A stretch of 64,000 nucleotides of DNA from Oikopleura dioica (taxonomy: Eukaryota; Animalia; Chordata), in the NCBI GenBank assembly GCA_907165135.1, contig OU015567.1, positions 6,324,001 through 6,388,000 on the forward strand. Direction: 5' to 3'. The position numbers and the translations under genes were made by a program. The notes beneath the pieces are model-generated. The model searched no databases. It was given only the letters and a program-made list of their open reading frames with translations, and was not told the DNA's origin. Below, piece after piece: positions 1 through 15,450 of this stretch. The number at the start of each line of letters is the position of its first letter. The first letter of the stretch is position 1.

Positions 1-2092
1 GATGGTATCATGGGATTTGGGGACAAGGGTGAGGTTTGTTGAGGTGATGCTGAAGTGGACTTGTACTCACCTGGACGGACTTGAGATGGGAGCGCCAAAA
101 GCGCCTTCTGGTCAGCAGCGCGGCGCGAATGGCATTCGTGAACAGATCTTCAATGCCGTCGCCAGTGACGACCGAAGTTTCGTAGTACGGTAAAGACAGC
201 TAAAAAAGCAACTTGTTAAAACTCAAAACTTTTCAAAGAAAGAAAAACCAGGAAGGTGTCTCTTTCAACAAGCGGAAGAGCGAAATTGTAATGCGGTGTT
301 GAAATAAGGTCAGGGCGAATTGAAGCTTTGAACTCAAATAGGGCTTTTCCCGCCTATTCGAGCACTTATTTCTGGAATTTTCTAGTATCTAAACTGTACT
401 TAGCCGTCCGTCTGGCGGGCCTAACGGAAGCAAAGTCCCAGCTCTTATCAAAACTATCTCGAAGCTATCGAAGCTCAAGAGTGACTGTAACTACCATCAT
501 TCGAAAATTAAAAGCTCCCGGTCGCCCTTGACGACACCCATCACTATCGAATAATACTGGCATAATGCGAAATTCCGCGGGAAGCAAAGTCGCTGCCGCG
601 TTAATTAAATATTTTCGAAAATCTTTCAAATATTTTGAAAATTAAGTTCCCTTCAAAAAAAAAAGTCTGAATTGATTTACCTCGGTAGCAACGGCGCGTC
701 CTTGCCAGGGGTACAAAAGATCATCCTGATAAACCTATCAATCACGTGTTAAATTGTCAGAAAATGGATTCAACCTTGGTGGCAAGCTGACCGCAGCGCG
801 CGTTGAACTCTTCCAAATTGCAGTGGCGGAGGTCGGCTTTGCACCCAACGACGAAATGAGGCACAGATTTACGATGCTGCCGAGCTTCGTGGATCCAGAA
901 ATTCTAGTAAGCCGCTCTTCATAGGATTCTATACATGTTCCGGTCGCCCGGAAGTTCAAATGGATCAATTTACAGTGAAAAAGGGCAATTTTCCTGAACA
1001 CTCGCCTCCGGGCAAGTGACATTTGCCCTTTTTGGCTGTTCAATAAATCTCTCTTTCGTGGCAAATAGAAAGCCACAGGGCACGCAAATCCGCTACTGTA
1101 CAAAAACAACAAAGCTTTACGCTCGGAAGTAACACTACAAAAATGACAGTACGAAAATAATTTTTTCTAAAGCGGCGCCTTGATGTTGCGCAGCGAGTTC
1201 TCTGACGCAATGGAAAAGCACAAAAGAACAACATCCGCGTGCCCAAACGCTAAAACAAATTAATTGATCACACGCGCTGCTTCCCCTTGTGAAAATAATC
1301 CGCAGCGACTCCGCCGAGTTAGAAAATAAACGCTTGACAGGTTAAGACTTTCACAAGACGTTATCGCTGATTCGGGGGAGCGCCTTACCGAATCTGCGGT
1401 CGCGATCATGGGCGCCAAATGTATCCCAAAGTCGGTGGCTGTTCCAGAGTTCACAAACTTTCACCTTGAAATCAACAAAGAGAACAGTAGGCCCGAGGTC
1501 AGCTAACAATGGACAATCGCAATCGAGCTTGTTTTAGTGAACTCTGTCCTTACAAGAACATTATCAACCTTCGTATATGAATTGAAGAGCACAGCGGAAT
1601 CTTGTCGATACTAAAACAAATGATATTCAAAAATGAAAGCTCGCTACCATTTATTGTGTAATAAAATACATGATAAGCTGGACTTGGCCGACCTCTGCCG
1701 CTGAGCAAATATTTTCAAACATTCAGCAGGCAGTTCAAAAAAGTGCGAAGGTCTCGAGGATTTACCTGATCGATTGCCCAGACTGATGAAGCATGAGCAG
1801 GAGTGCGAATTTTATCCAGCGAGTAGGTCTTTCGATACGCTCTGGAACAGATCAGCCGTGTTTTTCCAACATTGACATCGCCCACGACGACAATCTTAAA
1901 GAAAACCTCAATTCTTTTTTAAAGATTCGGAAAATGATCGATGAATCAAAAATAACAAGATCGCGAAAAATTGAATCTATCTAAATATTTTTCGTGTAAT
2001 TTGAAAGTTTGCGATTGGCGATACTGTATCTCAAGCTCGCAGATAAGAAACCCCTGGCAAATAATTTCGTTTACTTTGAAATCAAGATCCAT
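1..2092 (-). CDS. RHOBTB: Rho-related BTB domain GTPase, N-terminal GTPase domain; multi-exon, runs off the window start
   Basis: Manually spliced exons give MDLDFK|[20 protein letters not shown]...VWAIDQ|...[15 protein letters not shown]|[24 protein letters not shown]|NFWIHE...VVGCKADLR...|[15 protein letters not shown]|[10 protein letters not shown]...[24 protein letters not shown]. These match the RhoBTB1/2 motifs VWAIDQ, LWDTFG, YYETSV and AIRAAL. Confidence 0.93.
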
Positions 2093-2426
2093 TTCTACTA
2101 GCTTCTCTCGTCTTTAAAATTTTAACTTGGCATAAATAATATATTATTTAAATGCGTTTAATTGTGATTGTTTGAATGGACTCACGAAGACAGGAAACTT
2201 TGTCTTGTCCCAGAAAAATAAGGAGCTTGAGAAGAAGCGCCGAGGGGGAGGTTTCTACCGTATTATGCCGGTAGGAATTCCACAATGCATTCCAGAATAC
2301 AAGAGTCTCTCTCAGAAGAGTCCTCGCTTACGTAAAAAAAGAGTAATTATTGTATACAAGAGCGGTACTTTTGTTTAATTTTCTTACAAAGTTGAGTCGC
2401 TAAATCGACCTAGTTTTGGCTTTACT

Positions 2427-2511
2427 TGACCTCAGATGACCCCTAATAACCTCAGGTGACCCCTAATGACTTAAGATGACCCCGAATGACCTCGAAAATT
2501 CTAATTGACCT
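2427..2511. repeat. Degenerate ~20-bp tandem repeat of TGACC(T/C) units at 10-bp spacing
   Basis: TGACCTcagaTGACCCctaaTAACCTcaggTGACCCctaaTGACTTaagaTGACCCcgaaTGACCT read directly. Confidence 0.8.
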
Positions 2512-3710
2512 CAACTAAACTGGACCCAGGAAAAAATCAATTTGAATACCTTTAAATCTGTGACAGGTTTCTTCTTGCTCCTCGCTTTAATTTTAAAAAT
2601 CTCGGGCAGCAGCTGCCTCGGCAAGCCCATTTCTAAGTGATCCTCTAGCATCATAATATCTCCCCCTTGCATTCATAATATCTCCAGTCGTAAAATCTGC
2701 TCTTTTAGCGCTCTATTTACAGCAGTATTTTGTGCTGCATAATTACCGCCCGTCAAATATATTCTGCATTTATACTTGCTCCCCGGCGAAATTAAAAAAA
2801 AAAGCTCCGTTGAGTGAACGTCTAATAAATTTTAGTCTACGCAAGTCTTGAGCATTTTGATGTTTTTCAAACTCAGAAGAACGCAACAACTTTCACATTT
2901 TTCGCGTGAGCATCCCCAGGGCAGGTGTAAGCGCTTTGGAATTTTAAGTTTTATGATGCGATGGTTTAAGATTACCAGTCGTTTATTAACGTCACATCTT
3001 TCTACAGACCGGGATAATTATTCTTTATAATTCGGGATCCCTATTTTAGCGGATTTTCTAAGGGAGAATCGACCTCTTCCTTCGCGAATTTTCAAAAACG
3101 AAAAGCACATTTTGATAATTATTCGATCATTTTCACAAAATAATACATCAAATTCAAAATTTTCCCTCTAGAAAAAAAAATCGATAGATTGACTGTTACA
3201 TACCTTGAGAGGTTCTAGCCCGTATTCGTCATGGTCGTGCATTCTCGATTTACATTGTCTGAACGTAGCAGCTGTTGTAACTTACAAGTCAGTGTTTTTG
3301 GAGATATTTTGACGGGTTCCTTATTCAGCCTTTTTTTTATTCTAGCGCGTGAATATTTCAGAAAGGAGCTACTTTTATTCGCATTCCTGCTTTGCCTTCT
3401 CTGTGCTTTATTTTTGTTAAATTTTAACAAAACGCAAAAGTTATCAATATTGGTCATGTGATTGCGCCTTGACGTCAGTAACGTGTGCCCAAATGCGTGA
3501 GTTCGGGCACATTCTTATTGCAGAAGGTGCTCGACTTTCGTTTGCATTCCACCGAGCCCCTTACGCAAGAGTGACTTTGAAGTTGGAGAGGAATTTCCTT
3601 GACATATGGAATTTCGCGTTTTGCGGGTATTCCGTCTCGGGTTCAGTCTCGGGTCATAAAAATTCGCGAATGAACTCAAAAGTAACTACAACATGAAAAT
3701 TCGTTCAGAA

Positions 3711-3854
3711 ACCTGTGTAAAAAAACCTGACTCAGGGTTTGGAAGAGATTCGATGAAAAGACGCTAGAATTTAATAATTGATTGAGATAAAAATCTATGG
3801 ACGCAGCTTTTCATTAAAGCGCTTCCAAATCCTGAGTCAGGTTTTTACACAGGT
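3711..3854. mobile_element. MITE family A (truncated termini)
   Basis: ACCTGTGTAAAAAAACCTGACTCAGGGTTTGGAAG ... CTTCCAAATCCTGAGTCAGGTTTTTACACAGGT inverted repeat; the same termini recur elsewhere in the window. Confidence 0.85.
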
Positions 3855-5342
3855 CATGAGCTCAAAGTAACTTCAGATGGAAACACTTACTTTGTAAAAT
3901 TAACATCCCTCATTTGCGATTTTTCTCTCCTTTTCTCAATCTCTTTTTTCAAAAAAATGTCAACTCAAAAAAGATGAAATCTCATTTAGGCGTCTTGTCC
4001 CACCTTGACCTTTCAAAACGAAAATGAAATCAAGGAAGAGATCTCCCGGCCGCCCTCAAAAAGTGAAATAAAAGAGACAAATTAAAAGACGGGGGAGAAT
4101 TAAAACTGACACCGTCAGTTATTTCTATCTCGATTTGAAAATGGAGAATTAAAAAAGAGGGGGCCCCGGCTATTATATATTCGATAGCAGATTACTCGGT
4201 GACTTCTCATCTCTGCCACGATCAATGTCTTATCCATTCAATCGCATCGAAGTGGACGCACAAAAGAGGGGAGAGAGGGTGGAGCCTTAATAGCGCTACT
4301 GTATCCTGACGCTTACGGTGTCACAGGTTGACATAATGAGATCAAATCGAATGAATATTTAATCTTCTTTCAAGTAAGACATTCTCATCGAAAGCGCTTT
4401 ATAAGACGACAAGAGTTACTTTAGGTTATAGGAGGTGACTTTAGCTTCCTTCATACTGAAATTCACCGCCTGTATAACCATATTTGGCACAGTCAGGCGC
4501 AAAATTCCAACTGTATCAAAGGCGTATTTGACTACTTTCTCACCGATAATCACTCGAGAATTAAGGGTCTACCAACCGTTTAAACGCGGCCTCTTCGTCT
4601 CTGAGAAACATCTTATCATTAAAAAATCAGAATGAACCGATGAAATTCAAATATTATTATTCCAAAAACACGAATTTAGGATAGGGATCACGTGAGTTTC
4701 CAGACAAAGTTAATTATTGAACCGACAGAGAATATAAACTGTTTTTCACGTATGTGCCTGCGTATCTACGCAATTTTTAACTACATCAATTATCCCATAA
4801 AAATGCTACCTGGTGTTGAATGATTGCATATTCTGAACATGCATGTTCTTCTCTGATACGAGTATTTGAAGATGCAAGGAGAAGCCAACTCATCTGCATA
4901 TAGATGTACATTTTACGATAAATTATTCATCCGGGGTCATCCCATTATGTGTCTCTTTGACATGTTCTTTTGCCTTTTTCCGTAAAGTTCAATTCTCCTT
5001 CAAAAATATAGACAGAAGTTTTTATGGAATATTTTTTACTTGGAAGAATGAGAAAGATTCTAAAGGATTGTACCAAGGCAGATTTTAAGAAGACAATAAG
5101 ACAAATACAGTCAGCAGCTTATACAGGCGGCCTGAAACGGCAATTCATCTGGCTTTCAGTTTGTTGAGGTGTTGGTGAAGAATTTTGGTTTTGTTGAGAA
5201 ATTCAGTATGAATCGGGAATTAGCGTAATCCTTCAGACAAGAGCAAGACTTCACACAAAATCTCGAAGACGCGGTTTTTCGTCCTTCCGGCCAAGATGAG
5301 CAATTAAGAATGAGATGAGATTTGAGTGATTTGCTAGTCTGC

Positions 5343-7097
5343 TCATGTTCTGCTTCGCTCGAGAGTCTTCCTGATGGTTTGGCGGAAAAGATTCAGGTTG
5401 TACATCATAATCCCTTGAAAAGAAAAAAAATCACCCAGGACTCAATGAAGCTCTGAATACCTCTTTGATCTAGCGCATCTTCTCGGACAACGCAAACGAG
5501 TGCCAAATTGCTCGTAATACCATACAGACACAGGACAATTTCCTCCTTCATCGTCACCCAGCTCTCATGATTCTCATCAAAGGCCGGTATGATCAGGGTG
5601 GCTATTTTGGACAAAATTTTGGGGTCTGGCCATCCAATTTCCATCCAATAAATTTTAAGTCCGAACTATCCATCCAAAATCCAATCCAATCCAAATTTTC
5701 CCAATTCCCCAATTATCCCCAATTCCAATTGGATTTCCAATTTTTTAAAGGCTTCTTTTACTTTGAAAAGAAGGGAAACAGTAATTTTTTATCCGAAAGG
5801 AGGATCGACAGAGTCAAAAAGATGATATTTTATCCGAATTTGTTCATTTTTATCATGAAAATAACCCTTCTTTGCATAGTTTAGAGATATGTTTCTTCTT
5901 GGATCCAATTCCCCCAATTTCTCCCAATTGCCCAATTTTCCCCAACAAAATCCGGTACCCGGGCCATCCAAATTCCATCCAAACCTTATTGGATTGGATC
6001 CAATCCAATTCCAACAAACCCCCAAATCCAAAATAGCCACCCTGGGTATGATATCGTCGTCAGAATCGCCAATCTCAGACAATCTTGAATATTTGAATTA
6101 ATACAGAGACTGGATTGAGAATTGAAAGCTTGAATATTTCATTGGAATCAAGGAAGACTCACCTAGCTCCTTCGTAGACGTTTGAAATTCCGTCGACCAT
6201 TTCGATCATCCCGGAGCAAATTTCATAAATGCTTAGCTGCGTGTTCTCGGCGGGCGAGCTATCCGTTGCGATGAATAATTTCGTCCTCACGTCCATTAGA
6301 TACGCTTTCGCTACATTGGCGTTACTGAAAAAACGCAGATTAATTACAGGCGACAGCTAAATCGACATCACTGCCATACTTGATCATGAGATTGAGCCAC
6401 TTTTCGAGCTGTGCTTGTTCGGGAATTCGTTTCTGGATCACCTTGGACATTGCGTCGAAGATTGTTTGGTCCATCGCCGAGGTCGTCGAGATTTGGATTC
6501 CAATTTGGTCGTTGATGTTTTCTGAAGAGTTTTGTTCAAAGAATTTTGCCCGGCAAGACACTTACCGATGTAATTTAGGGTGTCATCGTGAATTGCGTTG
6601 AGTTCTTCTTCGTTCAAACCGTCTGATTTGTGCATGAAAATGTCAAAGGTCAAGTTTTTATTGTAGTTTTTCAACAGCTCCGCGGACTTGTACAAATCTG
6701 TCAAAGCGTTTTGGTAGCTTTGGCCATCTTGAAAAAGGAGGTAAACGAGGGTAAAGCATGGTTTGTTTCTACCTTGGGAATCGATGACATATATAACTGC
6801 CAATTTTGCCGAGTTGTCGCCAATATCGAGGCCGTTTTCAGAAGCGGGCAAGTGCCACGTGTCTTGTGGCACCTCGGAAAGGTCTTTCATGCCCGGAAAG
6901 TCGACGATTTTCATTTTGGCAAAGGCGTTCATTTGCGTGTCCACCCTGACTTCGATCGTCTGCTCTACGTAAATAATCTGCGTCGGCTGGAGTCCGTCGA
7001 AAATTCGCTCTTTGATGGTTGTTTTGCCAGCAAGACGAGGGCCCAGGAACAGGAGGATGATCTCCTCGAGTTCTTCTTGGCTGTTCTTCTCCTCCAT
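5343..7097 (-). CDS. RRAGC: Rag GTPase RagC/D (Gtr2-like), multi-exon; one exon interrupted by a hAT-type element
   Basis: LFLGPRLAGKTT P-loop, IVDFPG, VIYVIDSQ, FDIFMHKSDGL, TIFDAMSKVIQKRIP, AYLMDVRTKLFIATDSSP, LALVCVVRE, YNLNLFRQTI. Collinear with RagC/D; C versus D not resolved. Confidence 0.92.
5594..6044. mobile_element. Non-autonomous hAT-like element (451 bp) inserted in a RagC/D coding exon
   Basis: Perfect 18-bp TIR CAGGGTGGCTATTTTGGA; 8-bp TSD GGTATGAT at 5586-5593 and 6045-6052; internal CCAATT/CCATCCAA repeats. Confidence 0.92.
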
Positions 7098-7292
7098 GAT
7101 TTCTGAAGAACAAAAAGTGATTCACAGATTGTTTTTTATTAATATTGCAGCTCGTGTGTACAAAACTATATTTCTGTGTAATACAAATTCATCAAATATG
7201 GAAATGTTCAAGTCTGGGTAGTGATGTGAAAATTGTGAGAAGAGGAGATCTGTGAGAGAAAGATACAGGTAGATTTTCTGCTGGTTTTGTTT

Positions 7293-7749
7293 TTACAAGA
7301 CATTATCGCTCTGGCGACGGGCTTTGGCAATAGTGCGCTCGGTGGTTGGTGGAAGCTCTGATCGGCGAACTGATCGAACTTTTTCTTCGATTCGTCGGAC
7401 GAGCTTGTTGCACTCAGTTTTTGGCTATTTTTAACATATTACTTTGCTTTGGCAAGTAGGTGTTTTTACCTCCTCCGTCGATTCATGCGTTCTATCTTCT
7501 CCTGATTCTTTTCGTCTCCATATGGCGATTTAGGAACAGTGTCTTTGAGCATTTTGCAGATGGCTTCAGGATGGACATCTGCCTGTTTGTAAAATTAAAA
7601 AAAATATGCCAAAGAAGAGCTACCTCGAGAAACTGAAGAATATTCCCGAAAAGCGTCGGGTCAATATTGACATCGGCATGTCTTGTCAGCTGGTAGAGCT
7701 GTTTCTGATCTTCTGACATGGATGTATAGCTCTTTGGAATCTTTTCCAT
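7293..7749 (-). CDS. MZT2: MOZART2/MZT2-like gamma-tubulin complex protein (3' exon uncertain)
   Basis: MSEDQKQLYQLTRHADVNIDPTLFGNILQFLE|ADVHPEAICKMLKD resembles the MZT2 core (ELYELAQ..IDPDVFKILVDLL..V.P.AVFQMLK). A GT-AG intron joins the two segments. Confidence 0.65.
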
Positions 7750-7992
7750 GGTTGCTCTAAAGATTTCCAATTTTGAGACTATCCGTTTGAGTTTTATTTA
7801 CAAATATTTTATTGCTGATTCTTCTGACTGAGCTCATGATTGAGAAAAACGAGGGAAAGAAAACGGCCTGTTAAATATTTTTCAGTTTTTTGATAAATTT
7901 TATTTGTGATAAGTTGGGCTTAACTGTTTCTCTATCACGACGAGCTCCATCAAAAGATAAATGTGTACAGATTTCGCGAGTTCAAAGAGAAT

Positions 7993-11030
<3,038 letters not shown>

Positions 11031-12227
11031 TTTTCTCGATGCTGGAAATTTTGCATCTTCGATTGCGATTTCTGCTTTCTTGGTTTTTTATCTTCTCCTT
11101 CTAGGTTACTATGAATTATTATTTTCTAATAGTGGCTTTAGCAAGGGAGCTCCTACGCGCGTATATTTCTACATATGACTATCGATATTCGGTTATATAA
11201 AACACCTACTCCTTAGCTTAATTCTAAGCTACTCAATATAAAATTGAGAGTATCAGACTTTTCTCTTTCGAACAAAAATAATGACAGCTAAAACTTATTG
11301 CCATTTTATCTCAAAAAGAATTGGATATCGTTCTCAATAAAATAATGCCATAGATAAATTGCCTTATAGAATAATTTACTTATAAAAATAACTACATGAT
11401 AATGGGTACTGCTTACCAGACGGTACCTTGACTGAAGTATTAATTTTCTCCGCTTGAATGAAAAAACTAATGAAAATGAAAATAGAAAGTACTGGTTGAA
11501 GCTCGTTTTCTGAAGGAAAAAGAAGAAAATTGAGGTCATGACGAGAAGTTATGTAACCGACGGTTACGTAACTCATTCGTTTTTAGACTTCTAGTAGAGG
11601 ATACAAGCCTCCCAGGCATTTTCTATACTGATGTTTTTGTAGAGTCTCTTGATGAGATAGAGCTAAGTATGGCGTCCTAGATTTAACGGGCAAATGACGG
11701 GTAATTACGGAGCTCGAATAGGTATGCTCTTCCTCTAAAGGGTCCCCTTTAACGGATTTTCTAGCCCCAAGCTTGCTTGGAATAGCATATCAGGGAATCC
11801 GTCAAATGGGGATCCTCTGTTATGGAACAGGAAGCCCGTTAAAATAAAGACTTCCCAAAAGTATTTGTCCGTTAGATCGTGAACCCCCAATAATCTTTAA
11901 AGAAAAACCTTTTCTTTGTGAATAATCTCGACTCTCGTATTTTCCTTTTAAAATTGAAAAAAGTGTTTTGAACTTTCAAAATCCGCGGCGGGAGAGAGAC
12001 AGTCCTTACATAATGAACTCTTAGATAATCGTTATATAATTAGTCTAGTTCAGAATAATTCGAATCGGTTGCATAATCTTCTCATTACATAAAAAACCAG
12101 TCCTTGAGGAAAATCTCATTCTATTCACAGCATTTTTCTTATTCTTTCCTCCTTCTCCATTTTTCAATCTGAACGATCTGAGGAAAGAAAATCAGCTTTT
12201 TGGAAAAATAAAATATTTCTTTCAGAT

Positions 12228-14749
12228 TTAGTAGTTCGCTTTCGCGAGCTTTTTGTTGTGGTAGTAAGGGTTTTTGAAATTGACCAGCAATTTGTAGAGT
12301 TCGAGGAAGCTTGTGTCACGGTGCTCCAGGGGCGTTTTTACAACGGCAGTTGTTGGAATGTCTGGAACCTTTTTTCGTGGTTTTCAAATGAGGGCAATAA
12401 GAATTTCCCGTGTACGTTAGGGTGGGGTCCATTATCCTCTCACCTTGGAGTCTCCCGGACAGCCCCCCCCTACTTAGCAATGGTGGGGGTCAGTCGGGGG
12501 TGGAGCCCATTCACAGGCGAGGGAACCCCCTCCTACAAAACAATTATCCCCACCCATCTCATTTTATACCTCATTTAGTTCTCAGGGAAAACGAGTTTCT
12601 ATTTTAAAACCCCGTTCCGAAACTACATCTTCAATATCGTCATCTGGATCCATTCTGAACGTGAATCGCTTCGATAACGAGTAGACCAGATCCCTAATTT
12701 CCATTAATTACAAATTCCAATTTTTAATGAATTAAGTACGTGAGCGTCTCCTTGCTTTTGTTGTTTTCAATGTAGAATCCGTCTTCGTAAGACCAGAAGA
12801 CGATGATGTGGTCGAAAATGACTTTCGTTCCTTCTATTGCTTGAATGTAAGTGATTGCAAAGGGCTTTTCGGTAAAGTCCATGTCGGCTCGTTGTCGGAC
12901 GCAAAAAGGGATGAAAAGGGTTGGTCGTCAAACTTCGAAAATTTCTACAGAGGAGTCTTCTGATAGCGAATATTTCAATCTGACCTATCAAGAATCTGAT
13001 TGGCTGAATTTTTATTTCAAAAAGCCGCTTGCAAATAGCTACTCTTTTAAATGAATATTCAGCCAATCAGAGACTTGATAGGTCAGATTATATTTTTCGC
13101 TATCAAAGGAATCTTCTGTAGAAAATTTTCGATTTTCGAAAATTGAGAGAGAAAGTGATTCATCCCTAGACGCAAAAGAATCCCGGTTTTCTCGTCGGCT
13201 CGCTGCGTAAAATCGCCTCTGCTTCCTGCCGATTGACGTGCCACATCCAACTGTGAGCAACTTCAGTCGACTGGTTTTTCAGATACTGTCCTTTGATCAG
13301 AATAGCAAGCAGATTGACCATTCCGAGGAGACGAGCGTACAGTCGCATTTCCCGCTTCCACTTGAGCTCGTTTTGAATGTAACTTTCGTAGAGGCGATTC
13401 AAGCCGCGGAAGTGTCCTTTTTCAGCGGCTTTCTTCGGAAAATATGAAATTTAGGGGGCTGCGGCTCTTCCAAAAGTCGACGGCAAAGTCCATACTAAAC
13501 GAATTTCAAAAATAAGGCTCTCAAATAGATTCTACCTTGTTCGTATTTTCTTCCGCCTTTCTGTGATCATTTTTCAGCGCCGCTCCGACTTTTCCCGGCG
13601 TCAAATATGCCTCGAACTTGTAATGCTTTCTCGCTTCTTCGAGAAGTCCTTTCAGATCATCGTGGCTTTTCTTCAAATCCGAAATCGAGAACTTTCCTTC
13701 TTCGCACATCGGCGAGCAGAAGAATCTCCTGCAGTCGTGGAAGATCGTTTTGTAAGTAATTTCGTTTCTGCTCGATTTTCGCATGCAGAGTATGGAGTCG
13801 GCAACCTGTGTAGAAACCTGAGTCAGAGTACTGAAAGGCTGTTTATGAATGCTCTTTCAGGACACTGAGTCATGTTTCTACACAGGTTACCGAGCCCAAT
13901 TCAAAGCATGAACGCGTTGCCATTTGATTTCGGACGCAGATTGATTCTTCTCGTGTAGGAATAATTCTTGATCCAGGCATAGTGCCGATCCGTTACGAAT
14001 TTCAAGCAGTACCCCTCGAAAACGCTAGAAATCGTCCCCCAGAAGCATCCTTGGCGAACTGTGTCTAGCGTGATGCTTTCATTCGAACTGCTTCCTTCCA
14101 TGTCATCTGAAAATGGAGGATTTGGACATTTAAAAAATATAATGAATCTGATTGACAATCAACTTAGATCACAGAAGAGGTAAAAGAGAAAAAATTCTAG
14201 AGAGCAGCAACAGCTGATTTTCTTCTTTTCACGGAGGTTTGAGAAAGTTATTCGAAGGAGCGACGTTTGGGCGATAAGGGCCGATCAAGCAGGGCGCTAG
14301 AATTCGCTCCAAATTGACCCAGCGATGGACTTTCTGGAAGAGTTCTGTTCCGTCTTCTCCGGCTGAGCGCATCAGTTCGTCCCCGCCGCCCGGGTGGAAA
14401 TCCATGTAAGGAGAACAGTTGTACGCTTTTCCCGCAAATGCGATCCAGCAATCTTCCCTTCGTTGAACAAAAAAATAGTTACAGTAACACTCATCTAAAA
14501 AAACCTTGTTTTATGCAATGCTAGCTCATCTTGAGTAACTGGCCTTCTCGGAGAAATTCCAGAGACGTTCTGTCCTTTCCTCACAATCGTCATCCAATTC
14601 GACAGTCCAAAACCTGGTTTTAACGGCACTAGAATATTTTTAGAAAAGAATAGGGTTGATTCTTTACCTTTGACTTGATTTGGCGAAATTTCCGAATGAC
14701 GAATGACTGTATTTTTCTCTGAACTTCCAGAACTTCCTTCTTCTGACAT
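12228..14749 (-). CDS. SH2-domain protein, multi-exon; SH2 exon interrupted by a hAT MITE (possibly disrupted allele)
   Basis: WMWHVNRQEAEAILRSEPTRKPGFFCV/RQRADMDFTEKPFAITY...DHIIVF resembles SH2 alphaA-betaB (FLVRES-like). The frame is continuous only after removing 12906-13168 plus one TSD copy. Confidence 0.65.
12906..13168. mobile_element. hAT MITE (263 bp) with Ac/Ds-like TAGGGATGAA terminus
   Basis: Termini AAGGGATGAA and TTCATCCCTA; 8-bp TSD GACGCAAA at 12898-12905 and 13169-13176; long internal inverted repeat at about 12936-13131. Confidence 0.9.
13792..13899. mobile_element. MITE family A, short copy, intronic
   Basis: GGAGTCGGCAACCTGTGTAGAAACCTGAGTCAG ... CTGAGTCATGTTTCTACACAGGTTACCGAGCCC. 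Confidence 0.85.
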
Positions 14750-14859
14750 TTTCTCTCTTTTTTTCGTGAAGAAATTCCCGCTGGAAGAATTTGAAGAAAA
14801 AACAGAGGGAATGACTCATCTTCGTGGGAAAAAAGCGTCGAGAAAGGAAAGAAAAAGTG

Positions 14860-14932
14860 AGCCTAATGCGGGGCTCGAACCCGCGACCGTTGGATTAAGA
14901 GTCCAACGCTCTACCGACTGAGCTAACCAGGC
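14860..14932 (-). tRNA. tRNA-Lys(CTT)
   Basis: GCCTGGTTAGCTCAGTCGGTAGAGCGTTGGACTCTTAATCCAACGGTCGCGGGTTCGAGCCCCGCATTAGGCT folds as a cloverleaf with anticodon CTT, A and B boxes, and a downstream TTTTT Pol III terminator. Confidence 0.96.
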
Positions 14933-15450
14933 CCGATGGTAGCCCGTAAATGTACAATTATTAAGTGCACTTTTTGAATCCAGCGCTAGAATTTTCGAAA
15001 AACTCAAATTATAAGATGTGTACTGTAAAGTTTACGCTGTCTAATAGACAATAATAATAACATTCATAATCGAAGATGAAACGAACCAACCACCGAAGAC
15101 ATTTATTGCTTCATAAAAAGCCCGGACTTCAAAGAAGAAAATATAAATCTTCTTCAAAGGAGTCTTGTCCTCAGACTGAACCAAAACGTATCTACTGATT
15201 CCACTGATCCAATGATGTCCCATATCGATAAGACGCGCGCGCCCGATAGCAATCTGTCCTGCCTCAGTACCAGGAAATTGCAACCTTACTGAAAGACACT
15301 TACCAACCAGCTGCGGCACACTTCCTTGATTGCTCCTTCCCGGAACGCAGCCTTCAGGAACAGCGCCACAGGAGGACTGAGTTTATAAGCTGACCGTATT
15401 TCCAATTTTCAAATCATATCAAAACAAAACAAGAAACACAAAACAAAAAA

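Noticed and set aside
5567-6101. Pro/Gln/Asn-rich ORFs (105, 97, 70 aa)
   Set aside because: Translations of the CCAATT-rich interior of the hAT element.
12418-12556. GGGTGGGG/CCCCACCC-bounded GC-rich segment as a MITE
   Set aside because: The inverted match is only about 8 bp and no TSD was found.
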